A stretch of 41,502 nucleotides of DNA, taken from assembly GCF_001194135.2 (NCBI RefSeq), contig NC_068999.1, positions 17,303,904 to 17,345,405 on the forward strand, written 5' to 3'. The notes under the pieces are model-generated. The model made no database searches and was not told the origin of the DNA. It saw nothing but the letters and a program-made list of their open reading frames with translations. The DNA comes from Octopus bimaculoides (lineage: Eukaryota). The translations under genes and the position numbers were made by a program. Shown piece after piece: positions 1 to 12,137 of this stretch; positions within the stretch are counted from its first letter, which is position 1; each line of letters begins with the position of its first letter.

Positions 1-60
<60 letters not shown>
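1..60. repeat. (AT)n-(GT)n microsatellite
   Basis: Directly visible perfect dinucleotide runs. Confidence 0.97.
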
Positions 61-63
<3 letters not shown>

Positions 64-769
64 CTGCCCGTCTAGCTATCTGTGTATCCATCTGTTTGTC
101 TCGCTATCTATAAGCGCACGTGCGTATCTGACTACGTGTGGATGCATGTGTATAGGAATCTATTTTCTGAAAATAAAAGTTTTGAAATACTTCAAATGGT
201 TTATCATCTAAAATGATGTATCTTCAGTAAAATCAAAATAATAAACAGAAATTTAAAGTTTCCATTTACTAAGCACTCACTAAATGATGAACATTTATAT
301 AATACTGCTGCAATGTCTATTGGAGTGTAAATAATTCTTATACGCCACAAAAGTGTAATTCTAAACGCAATCAGATTCTATGCATAATTTTGTGTTCGTG
401 ATTAGACCGAACACGATTTAAAGATTTCTAATAAATGTTGCGTGATTTTCAGTTGGTAAAATTTAGTAATATTTGCATGTGATTCCTGATTATTTTATAT
501 TTATTTGCATTAGTTTTGTGATGCGACTAATGAGATGCCAATTTTTAGTTATATACCAGAAATAATGAAGTATTAAAAAAAAAAATGTTACTCCGTAAAT
601 AATTCTAATCGTGTCTGTAATGTACTAATCGGAATTCAAGGCTGGAGATTTCCATTAAAAAGGAAGAAATTTTTAATCTACTATTTTAATGCGTATTTTC
701 AATTTATTCACTAGAAAGCTACATAAAAGAACACACTCGTGCTGCGACACACCAGTACATACACAAAGT

Positions 770-981
770 ATCGTTATACACACACGTACAAATCCATATA
801 TATATATATATATATATATAGACAAACATGTATATATATACACACATAAATACATATATATACATATATATATACATGTATATATATACACACATATATA
901 TATACATACATATATATATACACACATATATATACACATATATATACATACATATATATATATACACATATATATACATAC

Positions 982-1017
<36 letters not shown>

Positions 1018-1028
1018 ANNNNNNNNNN

Positions 1029-1070
<42 letters not shown>

Positions 1071-1180
1071 CATACACACACCTATATATATATATACATA
1101 TATATGTATATACACACACTCGTGTATATGTATACATACACATATATATATACATGCACTGACATGTATATAATAATATA
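770..1180. repeat. Compound (AT)/(AC) microsatellite/minisatellite array containing a 10-N gap (1019-1028)
   Basis: Direct reading; accounts for all the YIYI/HTHT ORFs between 673 and 1256. Confidence 0.95.
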
Positions 1181-1580
1181 CATATACATTCATAATGCGT
1201 TATCAGCGATTCGGTGTCTCATACTACAGAGGTATTATCTAGATATTTTTAAGTAACTATTATTCGATGTATTGACAGATTTACACACCTTTTACAAATA
1301 TATGTACAGATTATTACTTGCTTAGTGAAAAATACCAGCTGGATTAGTTTTAATCCCGTGTTAGGACTTTATCTTCAAATTTCCAATGCTTATAGCTTCA
1401 GACTTAGGATTAATAAGGAGCAAATTACATCACATAGACCAATTTGCATAAGCAACCTATTCCTAACTCCCAGTCTCATTTTGAAGTCAATGTGAAATCA
1501 ATATAATTTTGTTGTGATACTATACTGAGGTAAATTATATAGCTGTAGATTTTTAATCAAATTTCTACAAATAGATATGA

Positions 1581-1602
1581 ACTTACCTGAAAAAATAAAA
1601 GC
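1581..1602 (-). other. Candidate recursive splice site (3' acceptor immediately followed by 5' donor)
   Basis: Minus strand reads gcttttattttttcag|gtaagt: polypyrimidine tract, CAG, then a perfect GTAAGT. Confidence 0.5.
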
Positions 1603-1920
1603 ACATTGTCCACTATCATAGCAGACAAAATAGATGTATCAGCCGGACAAGTTGAAATTCTGTCATAGGGTTGATTCAGCAACTACACACAACGCCCATC
1701 CTTACTCTAACACTGAATTATACCTAATCTAGCGGTGCTTTTTTTTTTATCAATGAAGCTATTGTCTTAGAATCTACTGCCATATTTTCTCTATTTACAT
1801 ATATGCATAAGTGTATGTGAGTGGGTGAGGATGTACATAGGACTTACACACTCACTCTCTCTTACACACACACACACACACGCACACACAAACACACATA
1901 TATTTATGTATATAATAGAT

Positions 1921-2108
1921 TTTTTTTTTACTTGTTTCAGTCATAAGACTGCGGTAATCCTGAAGCAATGCTTTGAAGAATTTTCCGTCGAATGCATCAA
2001 TTTCAATACTTATAGTTTTGAAGGACAGTACTTATTGTATTAATCGGTTTTGTGTATCGCTTGTCAAGCGCTGGTGGGGTCAAACACAAGGAGAAGCACA
2101 GCAAGGGG

Positions 2109-2140
<32 letters not shown>

Positions 2141-2325
2141 AAGACAGAGAGGGGAGAGGGAGAGAGAAAGAGAGAGAGGGGGAGAGAGAAAGAGCGACAC
2201 ACACATATATACGACGGACTTCTTTCAGTTTCCATCTGAGGCTATAGAAGAAGACACCTGCCCGGGGACTGAACCTGAAACCATGCGGTTGAGAAGCAAG
2301 CTTCTTACCACACCGACACGCCTGC
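1921..2325 (-). mobile_element. tRNA-derived SINE, family A (degenerate, internal (GA)n expansion)
   Basis: Reverse complement matches the head (GGTAAG.AGCTTGC..C.AACC.CATGGTT) and tail (GACTGAAACAAGTAAAA) of the intact copy at 29845-30245. Confidence 0.85.
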
Positions 2326-2991
2326 GACAACATATAAAATTACTTCGAAACTTCGAGATATGTGGAATAAAATAACTCGAAGTAGATAAAGCTATAGAAT
2401 ATATCGTATAGTTTGATGGGCTTAAAAATCCACTAAATTGAAAATCTTGAAACCACATATGTGTTTACGAATATACGTTTAAACAAATTTTATACAAAGA
2501 AGGTGAGATTGTTGTGCGATATTATGTTTAGATAGAATTCAAAATATTTGAAAGACATTTAAATAAAATCAAACAAATGCAAAACTGCACCACTGTATAT
2601 ATGTTAATTATTTCGAAATTACTGCATTAATGATACTTTTTGTGGCAGTTGTTAAATCAATTAAATCAACTAGGATTAAATAAATTAAACAATAATTACA
2701 TCTTTATCGAAAAGTACCGAGATAAAGTTAAGCGTATTGAGGATTGAAACCATAGAATATCATTATCTGCTTATAGAATTATAAATGCTAGTTCATTAAG
2801 AAATAATTAAGTATTAAATGAATAATTTACATTATTATATAGTCTGCACCATTGCTTAATGGAATTTATTTATGCTATCAATATTTATATTAATCTATCA
2901 AAAGCAGGCGTTGATTTAGAATATGAAATACTACAAGTTTGTTATGTAGTATTTGTTGTACATCATAAGAGAGTATTCATTATCCATCATA

Positions 2992-3225
2992 TTAATTCAA
3001 TTTAAAAAGGGGAAAACTCTCAAAGGCGGGTTTTCTTGTGTATGCAAAAATAAAATATGTGTGTTCCATTGAATATCCTACTGGAATTAAAACATCATTG
3101 AAATATCTCTCCATACATATGGTACTGGAAAACATTGGCCAATATATTTGCGGATATATAAAATTTAAGTGTTCATCTGTCATCCTCTTTAATCGTATGC
3201 CTGCTTTAACAAAACTGATACAGAC
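2992..3225 (-). CDS. Candidate terminal coding exon of an unidentified gene (VCISFVKAGIRLKRMTDEHLNFIYPQIYWPMFSSTICMERYFNDVLIPVGYSMEHTYFIFAYTRKPAFESFPLFKLN*)
   Basis: Strong acceptor tgtttttttctctag ends at 3226. The reading frame opens exactly at the acceptor (phase 0) and runs 77 codons to TAA. AATAAA lies ~125 nt downstream (~2870-2865). No family recognised. Confidence 0.33.
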   Translation of the reverse strand, partial: VCISFVKAGIRLKRMTDEHLNFIYPQIYWPMFSSTICMERYFNDVLIPVGYSMEHTYFIFAYTRKPAFESFPLFKLN

Positions 3226-3484
3226 CTAGAGAAAAAAACATTAACACCAATATATACTCTCCTACTGAAACTGCGTCATGTATAAAATGAAAAAGTAGTC
3301 TTAGAATTGTCTGTGTCAAAAAATAACGAGATAATCTATAGAGACTTTTATATTGAAAATTCTTCATACGATATTCGTGTCATTGAATTTTGGTTTAGAT
3401 TAACTTAATTACGGAAGCCATTTCAATGACATAATGGAATTTTTTTTCTAAATTGAAACTATAATATGAAGACCTTTTGAATCT

Positions 3485-3907
3485 TTTTTGTCTTCCACTA
3501 GTTTCAGCCATTTTGACTCTGTCTATGCTGTCGCACTGTTCTCATGAATTTTATACAAAGAGATCGACTCATTTTTTCTAAGCCTGGTACTTATTCTATC
3601 GATCTGTTCTGCGGAACCGCTACTTACAAGGGCGTAAACACACAAACATCTGTTGCTAAGCAATGGTTGGGGACAAGCACAAACACCAAGATATACATAA
3701 ACGACTGCACGCACGCAGGAACAAACACCTATACACACAAGTATACATCCTTACATCGAAATACATACAATTTTCCGTCTAGCGAATCGACCCGCAAGGC
3801 TTTGGTTGATCGGAGATTATAGTAAAACACTCTTGCCCAAGATGGCACGCAATGGGACTGAATCGGGAACCATGTAGTTGGGAAGCAATCTTATCATACA
3901 GCCATGC
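3485..3907 (-). mobile_element. tRNA-derived SINE, family A (old, diverged)
   Basis: Collinear similarity to 29845-30245 in reverse (GGTACTTATTCTATCG, GTAAACAC, TTGCCCAAG..GCACGCA.TGGGACTGAA, GGAACCATGT.GTTGG). Confidence 0.8.
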
Positions 3908-6075
3908 ATCAAAATAGGAAAAAGTAGCATGACCCGCAGACCACTCTTCTTTCAATTTTTCTTTTAAAAACTCCTTGGTAGCACAGGACACAACCTCGTT
4001 CATAACCGCCATATTTACAAGTCTCTTTGAATGATCGTTGCAGCATGTTAGACGAAATCATTCGAGTATCCATTTTATTTTATATCTACAGCAGTTCTGA
4101 CCTTCAGTACATGTATGTGTGAGAGAAAGGTAGGGAAAGAGAATAAGAGATATAGAGAAAAGCAAAGAGAGACAAAGAAACACTGACCCTGGCATATGAT
4201 TGGTAGTTTATATACAAATTCATTAGTGATAAACGGTGAAACGTACGAAATTTGAACCCAGATTTCAATATACCCGGAACAATTTTGACAAGCTATTTGT
4301 CCTACGTTGTAAACGAATCTACCAATGAAATATTTTCAGTATCCCACGTTTTATCACTTTTAGAAGGATCAAAAAATAAAAAGGGATTTCAGTTACATAT
4401 GAACTCAGTATTTGAGGTAAACTTTTGGAATTTTTTTCGGAAAGATATCAAAAATGCTAATCTATATATTAATTAGATATTTTCTCGAATGACTGCTATT
4501 TTGTACAGTTAACATTAGCGTTTCCTTATCATTGTATTGAGAATAAATGGGGGAGAGGGAGAAAGAGAGAGCAGGAAATTAGGATGAGGGGGATAAGAGA
4601 GAGAGAGAGACAGACAGACAGACAAAGAACGAAAGTGAAAGTTAGAAATAATATGAAAGAGAGAGAGAGAGAGAGTATGAGAGAGTTATCATTCAATTTA
4701 ATGTGAAACGTAAAGACGGAGTCCAAGAAAATAACAGGTGGTGTAAGCCACCATAAGATACCGCAACAAAAGTGAACAAATGAACGAATAAATAAATCGA
4801 TAAATAAATAAATTAATAAATGACATTTGGAAGACGGAGGAAAATATATATTTCAGACAGTTGTCTTTCGGAAAGAAGAAATTTAGAGGTTAATAATAAT
4901 TTCCCAGAAAGGCAAATGTAACATTAATAATTAGTGTCTCAATTCTTTACCAAGAAAGAAAGACAAGCGTCCTAAAACCTCCATGTATCCTACTCAGAAA
5001 AATAAGTCATTGTAATTCATTTTCAGATATGAACTTAAACGTGAAATGTAATTGTTAGTAAATCACCAATTTAGACACAGAAAAAAAATATAGTTTTTCA
5101 ATCTTAGACAAATCGGTTATGATTCCATCATTATGCCAGTTAATATTAATAATTTTAAAAGAGTCAATTTAATAAGCAAGAATATTATAACTCCGACGCT
5201 AAGTTTTAAAAAAAACAGAATAAAATATTAATGGGAAATAACGAATGAATTTGATTTCTTCAGTGTCTAAGATGATTGTATCCACTCATAAATCGAACAG
5301 TCGTTTAAGACTATTCAATTTGTCAAGCTGACCGAATCGAAGTGATTACTTCAATTTCCTGAGCTTGTTAATTAAAGACAAGAATAACATGCAGAAGATA
5401 CAGCCAATAAGAGTGTTATTTTTGCTATAAATACATTAGTTTTGAAGCAATACACATGATGGATCGTCTGTATAAATGGAATGCAGTGATTCATTTTGAG
5501 ATTTAAAATTATAAATTTAAGATTCATATGGTTTTCTATTAAATTTTAATTTTTCTCATTTCTGGTTCAATTAAAACAAGATATTGGCAATAATATAGCA
5601 TCTAATTTAAACACAAGACCAGCAATTCTTGAAAGATGATGATTTATTTGATTACTTCTACTCCAATAATTGAATGTCACGTTATTTTACCAGACTGGTA
5701 AAAGCAGATACAAAAATTTAACTCTAGAGGTGTTTGAAATAAGCACGTAGAATAGATGACGAAACATGTTTTTCCCTGTTACTCCAACGGTTATTTCAAC
5801 CCACCCGCTAAGTAACAATAATATTAAAAGCGTCGAACAAGTCAAATTTGAGTACAACATTGGACACAATACCCTGAGGCATTTCGTTACTACATATTAT
5901 GTTATGAGCACAAACCTCACCGATATCGGTGTGGCATTTCATCGTTTTAACGTATCGAATTTGTATTAATGACTTGTGCAACCATAATATACTATAAGGT
6001 GGTATATTAAATATTTTTATAAATCAATACCATGTTCTACTGCGATTCCATTACACTTTCTACGTTATTTATTAA

Positions 6076-6239
6076 GGTTATTTCTCTAGATATTCTATAA
6101 AATTATAGCCAGCACTGACCGTTGTCTGTTTTTCATCTGGGATCTCATTCTTTGTTTACATCTGACGTCTCGTATACGAAACGTCGTCTCAAAAATCAGT
6201 GCTGGCTAGAATTTCTATAACATATCTACAGAGATAACC
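6076..6239. mobile_element. Kolobok-type non-autonomous MITE (164 bp)
   Basis: Imperfect ~43-bp TIRs (6076-6118 vs 6196-6239), GG...CC termini, TTAA on both sides (6072-6075, 6240-6243). TTAA TSD with RR termini is the Kolobok signature; piggyBac termini begin CC. Confidence 0.75.
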
Positions 6240-6896
6240 TTAATTAATAAAATGGTTAAAATAAAACCCTTTACGGTACTGGCCATGTATAAAATCGATT
6301 ATTGTCAAAATAAGCAGGGCAGATCATTTGATAAGTAAATCTGATAATCGAGCAGACCAACAACGGATTTTATTTCTTTGCAATATAGCCCTGTTTAAAA
6401 ATATTTATAATACTATAAGACGAGCTTCGAAGCCACAGACATGAATACGACTCAAACTTTAATAATAACAATCTGGTTTTATAGGAGTTCAGCTATTTTG
6501 TATGATAATTGTAAAAGTAATAGGGCAGATAGTAACACTGTAGCAACATTAGCACACTAGAGAAATTCATATTTTCTATTTAAGGCATCTTATTTATTGT
6601 ATGATGTTTATGCTGTTCGGAATTGCATATGAATCACCAAACCTCTAGTTACGTTTAATTACAAACTAACGAAGAAATCTTTACACAAAGACTTGGCTTG
6701 GCAAAATTTCATTCCTTCTTAGGGCTTCGAAAATGGATGCGTATATGAATACATCAGGAAAATTATCTGAATTTATAAAAGTGGATGGATGTGCGACCCA
6801 TGTTGTTACGCAACATTTCTGCTTGAAGGCAGCTGAAATATTGAAGAAAGACGCACATTTTCAAAGAAATGTCGTTGGATACAAATGACTCAACTA

Positions 6897-7635
6897 CAGT
6901 GATACTTTGCAGTACGAGTTTAATTCATTCCATGACCGAGCTCGTTTTACGAAATCAATTTTCCCCATTGAAATTAATTTAAATATAATTGATATGTTCC
7001 AGCCCCACAAAACCACCCAAAATCAGAAACATACTGCTACTTTGACAGCACAGCATTTATGTCACTCGTAGAGATAGCCTTCTCAGATACATCGTCCTCC
7101 AACGGAGAACCAATCTCTTCCACCTCATTCGAATGCTGCTGCTCCTGAAACTGCAGGAGTTCATCTGTCATCAGCTACACTAAGTGTTCTTCGACGAGAT
7201 CGTTAACGTTCCCATCATCAACCTCGAGGCCTATCGACTTGTCAAGAGACACTATCTCTTCGATTACAGGTGTCTCAGACTCAATCGCCTCGATGTCTCA
7301 TTCCGATACGGTGGCAAGCCAAAGTTTCTTGCATGCAGAATACAGCGTTCTCCTCGTTACACCTTGCTAGGCCATATCGATGATTTACAGGCATTAAACA
7401 ATGTTGTAGTGCTGCTATTAAAACTCACGAAGGGTTAGATTTATATTTTCGGTGACTTCAAAGCAGCAAGGAAACATGTTTTGTGTACAATTTCTTAAAA
7501 TTAGAAATCATCTGTTGGTCTATGGTCTGCTGGTCCGGATTTCCACTCGTACTTCAAGACAAAAATTCGTACGAGTATTGGCTCGTTCAGCAAATTGTTC
7601 ATACTATGATGCACTCGTACTGCGAAGTTCTACTG
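6897..7635 (-). mobile_element. Internally deleted Tigger/pogo DNA transposon with a C-terminal transposase pseudogene fragment
   Basis: 23-bp TIRs CAGTnnnACTTYGCAGTACGAGT (19/23 identical) with TA on both sides. Minus-strand translation gives DQQMISNFKKLYTK...IDMA*QGVTRRTLYSACKKLW...IEEIVSLDKSIGLEVDDGNVNDLVEEH, typical of the Tigger-family C-terminus; stops and a frameshift are present. Confidence 0.92.
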
Positions 7636-8749
7636 TACTTTCTATGAATCTGAGAAAATCGAGGTACAGCTGTTATGCATTAAAATAGACATTGTATGTA
7701 TATACATATTTATGTACGTATGTATATGCGTATTTGTTTATATGGGATTCATAAATATATGTGTGTGTCTGAGTGTGTATGTGTGTGCATAAGTAATTAT
7801 TACAGGGACACATATTTCTAAGAACGTTATGAGCTATATGATTATCTTTCATACAGTCTTTCAACCGAAGAAAAGGCCATGTATGTTATTTGTGCTCAAT
7901 ATATGTCATGAAATAAAACAGAGACATATGATACAATAGTCAAATGATGTAGTTGTTTTACAGATAAATTATTTCTCTTGTTTTACGACGCCATCACAAT
8001 GCGACAGATGTAGAGTTTCTTCACAAACCAAACACAGTTATTAGAATAAATTAGTTTTCTATCTTGTAAATTATAAACATTCGCTTCTGAAATTAATATT
8101 TTTGCAGATGTTTCTTGAATTGCTGCTGCTATTTTTGCTACTACATGATAATGATGATCCTGATTTCCCAATTTTTCCTTATTTATACCGAAAAGTATTT
8201 ATCATTGAACTTCTAACAACATCAGCCAAACCTCCCCACAATCTCTATTTTACTGCCTTAAAAATGACGTACACCAAGTAATGTTGACCTAAATATATTA
8301 ATCTTTACAATGGTCAGGTATGAATCGGCTTTGGTTACAATTATGCAAGATCAGGGCTGAGCTGGTCTAAAACATCTATTTTTTCAGTTCCCAAAATAAT
8401 CATGCTGAATTTTCTCTTTTCATATTCTTTTCACGTTATCTCTTATTGCATCTCTATTTGTGTTTTTTAGCCATTGCAATCTCTTCTTCATTATTCCTTT
8501 CGTTTTCTGTTTTTTTTCATGTATCAATTACACAAGGGAACATATTTGTACTGCGTCATTTCATTCCATAACGACGAAAAGATTTCAACAGCCTCGAATT
8601 CATTCAGCTGTATTTGTAATTCACTATTGTACTGAGAGTTTTCAAAGCAATATGTATATCATGCCTGTTGCATATGCATTTCTTATCGTTCAGTCTATTT
8701 ACACAAAACGATATTTTAATACATGCCGTGTGTTGTTTGCAATGCCTCG

Positions 8750-8875
8750 TGTATATGTATATACATAATATATACATGCATACATATATATATATACACA
8801 CACATACATACACACACAACCTACAGACATACACACACACAACCTACAGACACACACACACACACACACACACAT
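8750..8875. repeat. Compound (AT)/(AC) microsatellite
   Basis: Direct reading. Confidence 0.9.
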
Positions 8876-10004
8876 ATTTCTGTTTCATTTTTTTGTAATG
8901 CACTTATTTTTGTGGTAAAATGTTCATGTTTTGCAGCCCTGGGAATTTGGCTTCTTCTCTTTACAAATATGATATATTGGGTAATATTTTAATGGTCTTT
9001 TCTTGTGCAAGGCAAATTCTTTAAATCAACGACGCTTTGTTTGGCAGCAATGAAACCGATATATGTTGCACAGTAGCCATGCTCCATTCCGAGCAATGGT
9101 GGAAACATATTTAGAGTAAAACGTGGAGACAAAAATCCTTGATCTTGAGCAGTGTCTGACATTTAGTTATTATTAAAATACTTTTCTAGCAATAATTAAT
9201 AATTGCTAAAGATAAAACATAAATTGAAGTATGAACTCAAGTAAAAAGTATTTTCCTGCAGTTTTTTGTTATTGCCGTTATATATGGAATACAGAGCAGA
9301 TTTAAATCTGGATAAAACTAAGTATTATGTATTGTCGCTTCGTTATTCTTATATCCGTTTGGAGAAAACATTTATTTCAAGAATACGATACATAATACAA
9401 AACTTTAAGTAGATTGCAACTTTCAATCCTATACTTTGCATTGAAAAATAGACAATTACGTCTCCTTCTCCGCCAACTAACGAAACAGAACAAGTGAAAT
9501 ATTCTGATATTTAAAGTTAGTGGAAGAGGGGAAAATCCATGACAGTATATACGATATTTACATAGCATCTCCATTTATATTTAGATATATTGTCGTCTGT
9601 TGCAATTGATACATCGATTTTGTGACATTTCTATTCCTGATGGATTTTGACAATAGTATGAACGTTTATCTATAATCTCCCAGTCTGAAAATACGCAATC
9701 GTTGAGTATGGTCAAGTTGTCTTTCCCGATTTGTTGTGTGTTGGATATTTGTGCCACCGTATTCTCTTCATTTCCTACAATGCTAGAATAAATAGTTGTC
9801 AGCTTATATAAAATCACTGGCTCAATCATTCCTTTTAAAATTATTCGTGATATTTCAGTAGTCTTAAGTTTATTAGGTATTTTGTTTTCTTAGAAAAATT
9901 GAAACCATTAAAAAATATTTCTTATCTCATGATATGTCTCTACGAATTAATAGCATAAATGATAATGGTTTCAAATTTTGACACAAAGACAGTAACTTCA
10001 TGTA

Positions 10005-10130
10005 CGCAACGGGTAGTAATTTTATCGACTTCGAAAGAAGGAAATGCAAAATTATCTTCAGCGAGATATGAAATCAGAATATTTTGTATTTTGTCCGACG
10101 CACTAAACAACCTGCCAGTTATAACGAACT
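10005..10130 (-). mobile_element. SINE family B fragment (degenerate)
   Basis: TTTATCGACTTCGAAAGAAGGAAATGCAAA resembles the reverse of the family B core TTTGCCTTTCATCCT..CGGGGTCGATAAA seen at 26652-26800 and 27996-28390. Confidence 0.6.
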
Positions 10131-10163
10131 AAGTGTAGCACTGAAAGCAACGTCGCTTTCCAT

Positions 10164-10356
10164 GAGGCGAGCTGGCAGAAACGTTAGCCCACCGGGCGAA
10201 ATGCTTACCGATATTTCGTCTATCTTTACGTTCTGAGTTCGAATTCCGTTTCATGCTTTCAGATTCGCTAAATTGAGTGCCAATTACGTACTGGAGTCAA
10301 TCTAATTGACTGGCCATCTTCCCCAAATTTGCGGGCCTTGTGCCTAGAGTAGGAAA
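10164..10356 (+). mobile_element. tRNA-derived SINE, family B
   Basis: Head GAGGCGAGCTGGCAGAAACGTTAGC, B-box-like GAGTTCGAATTCC, tail GGGCCTTGTGCCTAGAGTAG; collinear with 28158-28390. Confidence 0.85.
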
Positions 10357-11169
10357 CAAAATTTACAGAATAAACTTCGTAGCCTAAGTATCACGTAATT
10401 TATTTCTTTTCCGAGCTTCGGCGTCTATCAAACGAAAACCTCTCGCTGTTGATTATGGCAAAACAACAATTCTTTCGTGTGACAGTTCTCATTTGCTTCA
10501 GTTTCTTGGAGTTTCTTGTACTTTATTTATTCATTTATTTACTTAGCCATTTATTTTTTAGCCACTTATATATTTAGTTAATACTAGTCTCTTATTACTT
10601 GTGTTAACGTTTTTCTCAAGATATTTGATCTTTGATGATCTGTGATACTAAATGTGTCTCTTACTTCTTAAGGCAATCCCATATGAAGAAAACATATTTA
10701 ACAACTAATAAATACCTTGAGAATGAATTTTTTTTTAAATTTAAAATTTTAAAAATTAAAACCTGTTTAAAAGCCAGACTTTTTGTCTTCCACGCGGTAA
10801 TGGTAGATACAACAAAAACATAAGCTCGTTATTTTATTTTTCCTTTTTTTTTTGTTTTTCTAGATAATCCGAACAGAAAATATTTTCGATAGATGAATCG
10901 TAGAATTCAAAAACACTGCAAAGGAAGCGAAACATGTAAGCTAACCGAAGCAAATAGTAGACATGATAATATTATTAGGAATGGAGTAAATAATAACCAT
11001 TGCTGCAAACTGATAAGAAACTAACCCTTCATTTTAGGATAAACAGAATTTGGAAAAAAAACAAAACAAAAATAAAAACTAGGTAACAAGCCTACTGCCG
11101 TATTGTATATTGCCCTATACTTCCTCTCTCGGACAACAGTAAAAACAACAACACCGATAAAAAGAGTAA

Positions 11170-11230
11170 AATATAATAATAATAATAATAATAGTAATAA
11201 TAATGATAATAGTAATAATAATAATGATAA
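11170..11230. repeat. (AAT)n microsatellite
   Basis: Direct reading. Confidence 0.92.
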
Positions 11231-11399
11231 ACAATTAGTGAAACATAGATACGCGTTATATTACTACGGTAGGCCTGCTCAATAATTCTAATTATATAAC
11301 ATGATATCAATAGATAGATATCTGGCGCCAGATATAATTTATGTCTATACCCCATTGGTTGAATCCAACTCCTCTGTACTTATGCATGTCCTGTGTATA

Positions 11400-11465
11400 T
11401 GTGTACATATGTATGTATTTGTGTACATGTGTGTGTATTTGTGTACATATGTGTGTATTTGTGCA
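11400..11465. repeat. 20-bp tandem unit TGTGTACATATGTGTGTATT, about 3 copies
   Basis: Direct reading. Confidence 0.8.
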
Positions 11466-11724
11466 AGTATTGTTTATAGAAATATCTGTGTTCTTCTATT
11501 CTCTCATATCGTCTTATCAATGGAACCGTCCAACCACCCCCCAAAAAAAGAAAAGAAACAACAAGTAAAAAGAATTGTATTGTTCTTGGCTTAAGAAACC
11601 TTTACAGAAAGGTCATTGATTACTTCTCGTGCGATCGTTAAATTAACCAAGGATCTGCATTCTTGCCAAATATCACTTCTATGCACTCTCTAAAGGATAA
11701 CCAGTAATGAATTATTAGCCTACT

Positions 11725-12135
11725 TCTACATCATCGACATTATCATCACCATAATCAGCATAACCATGACCGCCATCATCATCATCAACACCACCACTAC
11801 CTGCACGATGAATACCACCACTACATCCACCACCATTATCATCATTATCCTCGCTGTCAACACTGTAACTTACTTTTCCATGCCACGACCACCATCATAT
11901 CTACCATTATCATCTTCGATATCACCGCCACACCTATTCCATTTTGCAAATATCGACATATCTATCTTCTTTTCTTTGTTTTTGTTCTTCGTCTTGCTCT
12001 TCAACATCACCATCCTTCTTTTCCTCCTCCTCCTCCTTTGTATTATCCCCATTATCGTATCCATCATCATCGAGGTCTTTGTCGCCTTCACCACTGTCAT
12101 GGACCTCCACATTATCATCATAGCGTCATCATTCC
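11725..12135. repeat. Degenerate (CAT/CAC/CTT)n trinucleotide low-complexity tract
   Basis: Direct reading; explains the 11766-12152 and 11870-12121 ORFs. Confidence 0.85.
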
Positions 12136-12137
12136 TT

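Noticed and set aside
11-1256. Long ORFs (up to 160 aa) of [12 protein letters not shown] type here and at 8604-8992, 24852-25277, 26263-26824, 32426-33068, 34289-35108, 38072-38467 and 41267-41494
   Set aside because: They are translations of stop-free dinucleotide repeats and N runs, with no coding signal.
5220-5400. Minus-strand frame with LRR-like flavour (LDKLNSLKRLFDL)
   Set aside because: Flanked by in-frame stops, a single imperfect motif, no repeats.
5687-5990. Weak similarity between the minus strands of 5830-5880 and 36620-36670 (TGTGTC...GTTGTACTC; QGIVSN-VVL vs QLAVSNEVVL), suggesting paralogous exons
   Set aside because: Only about 28 of 45 positions match with a gap, there are no convincing splice sites, and this is within chance for AT-rich DNA.
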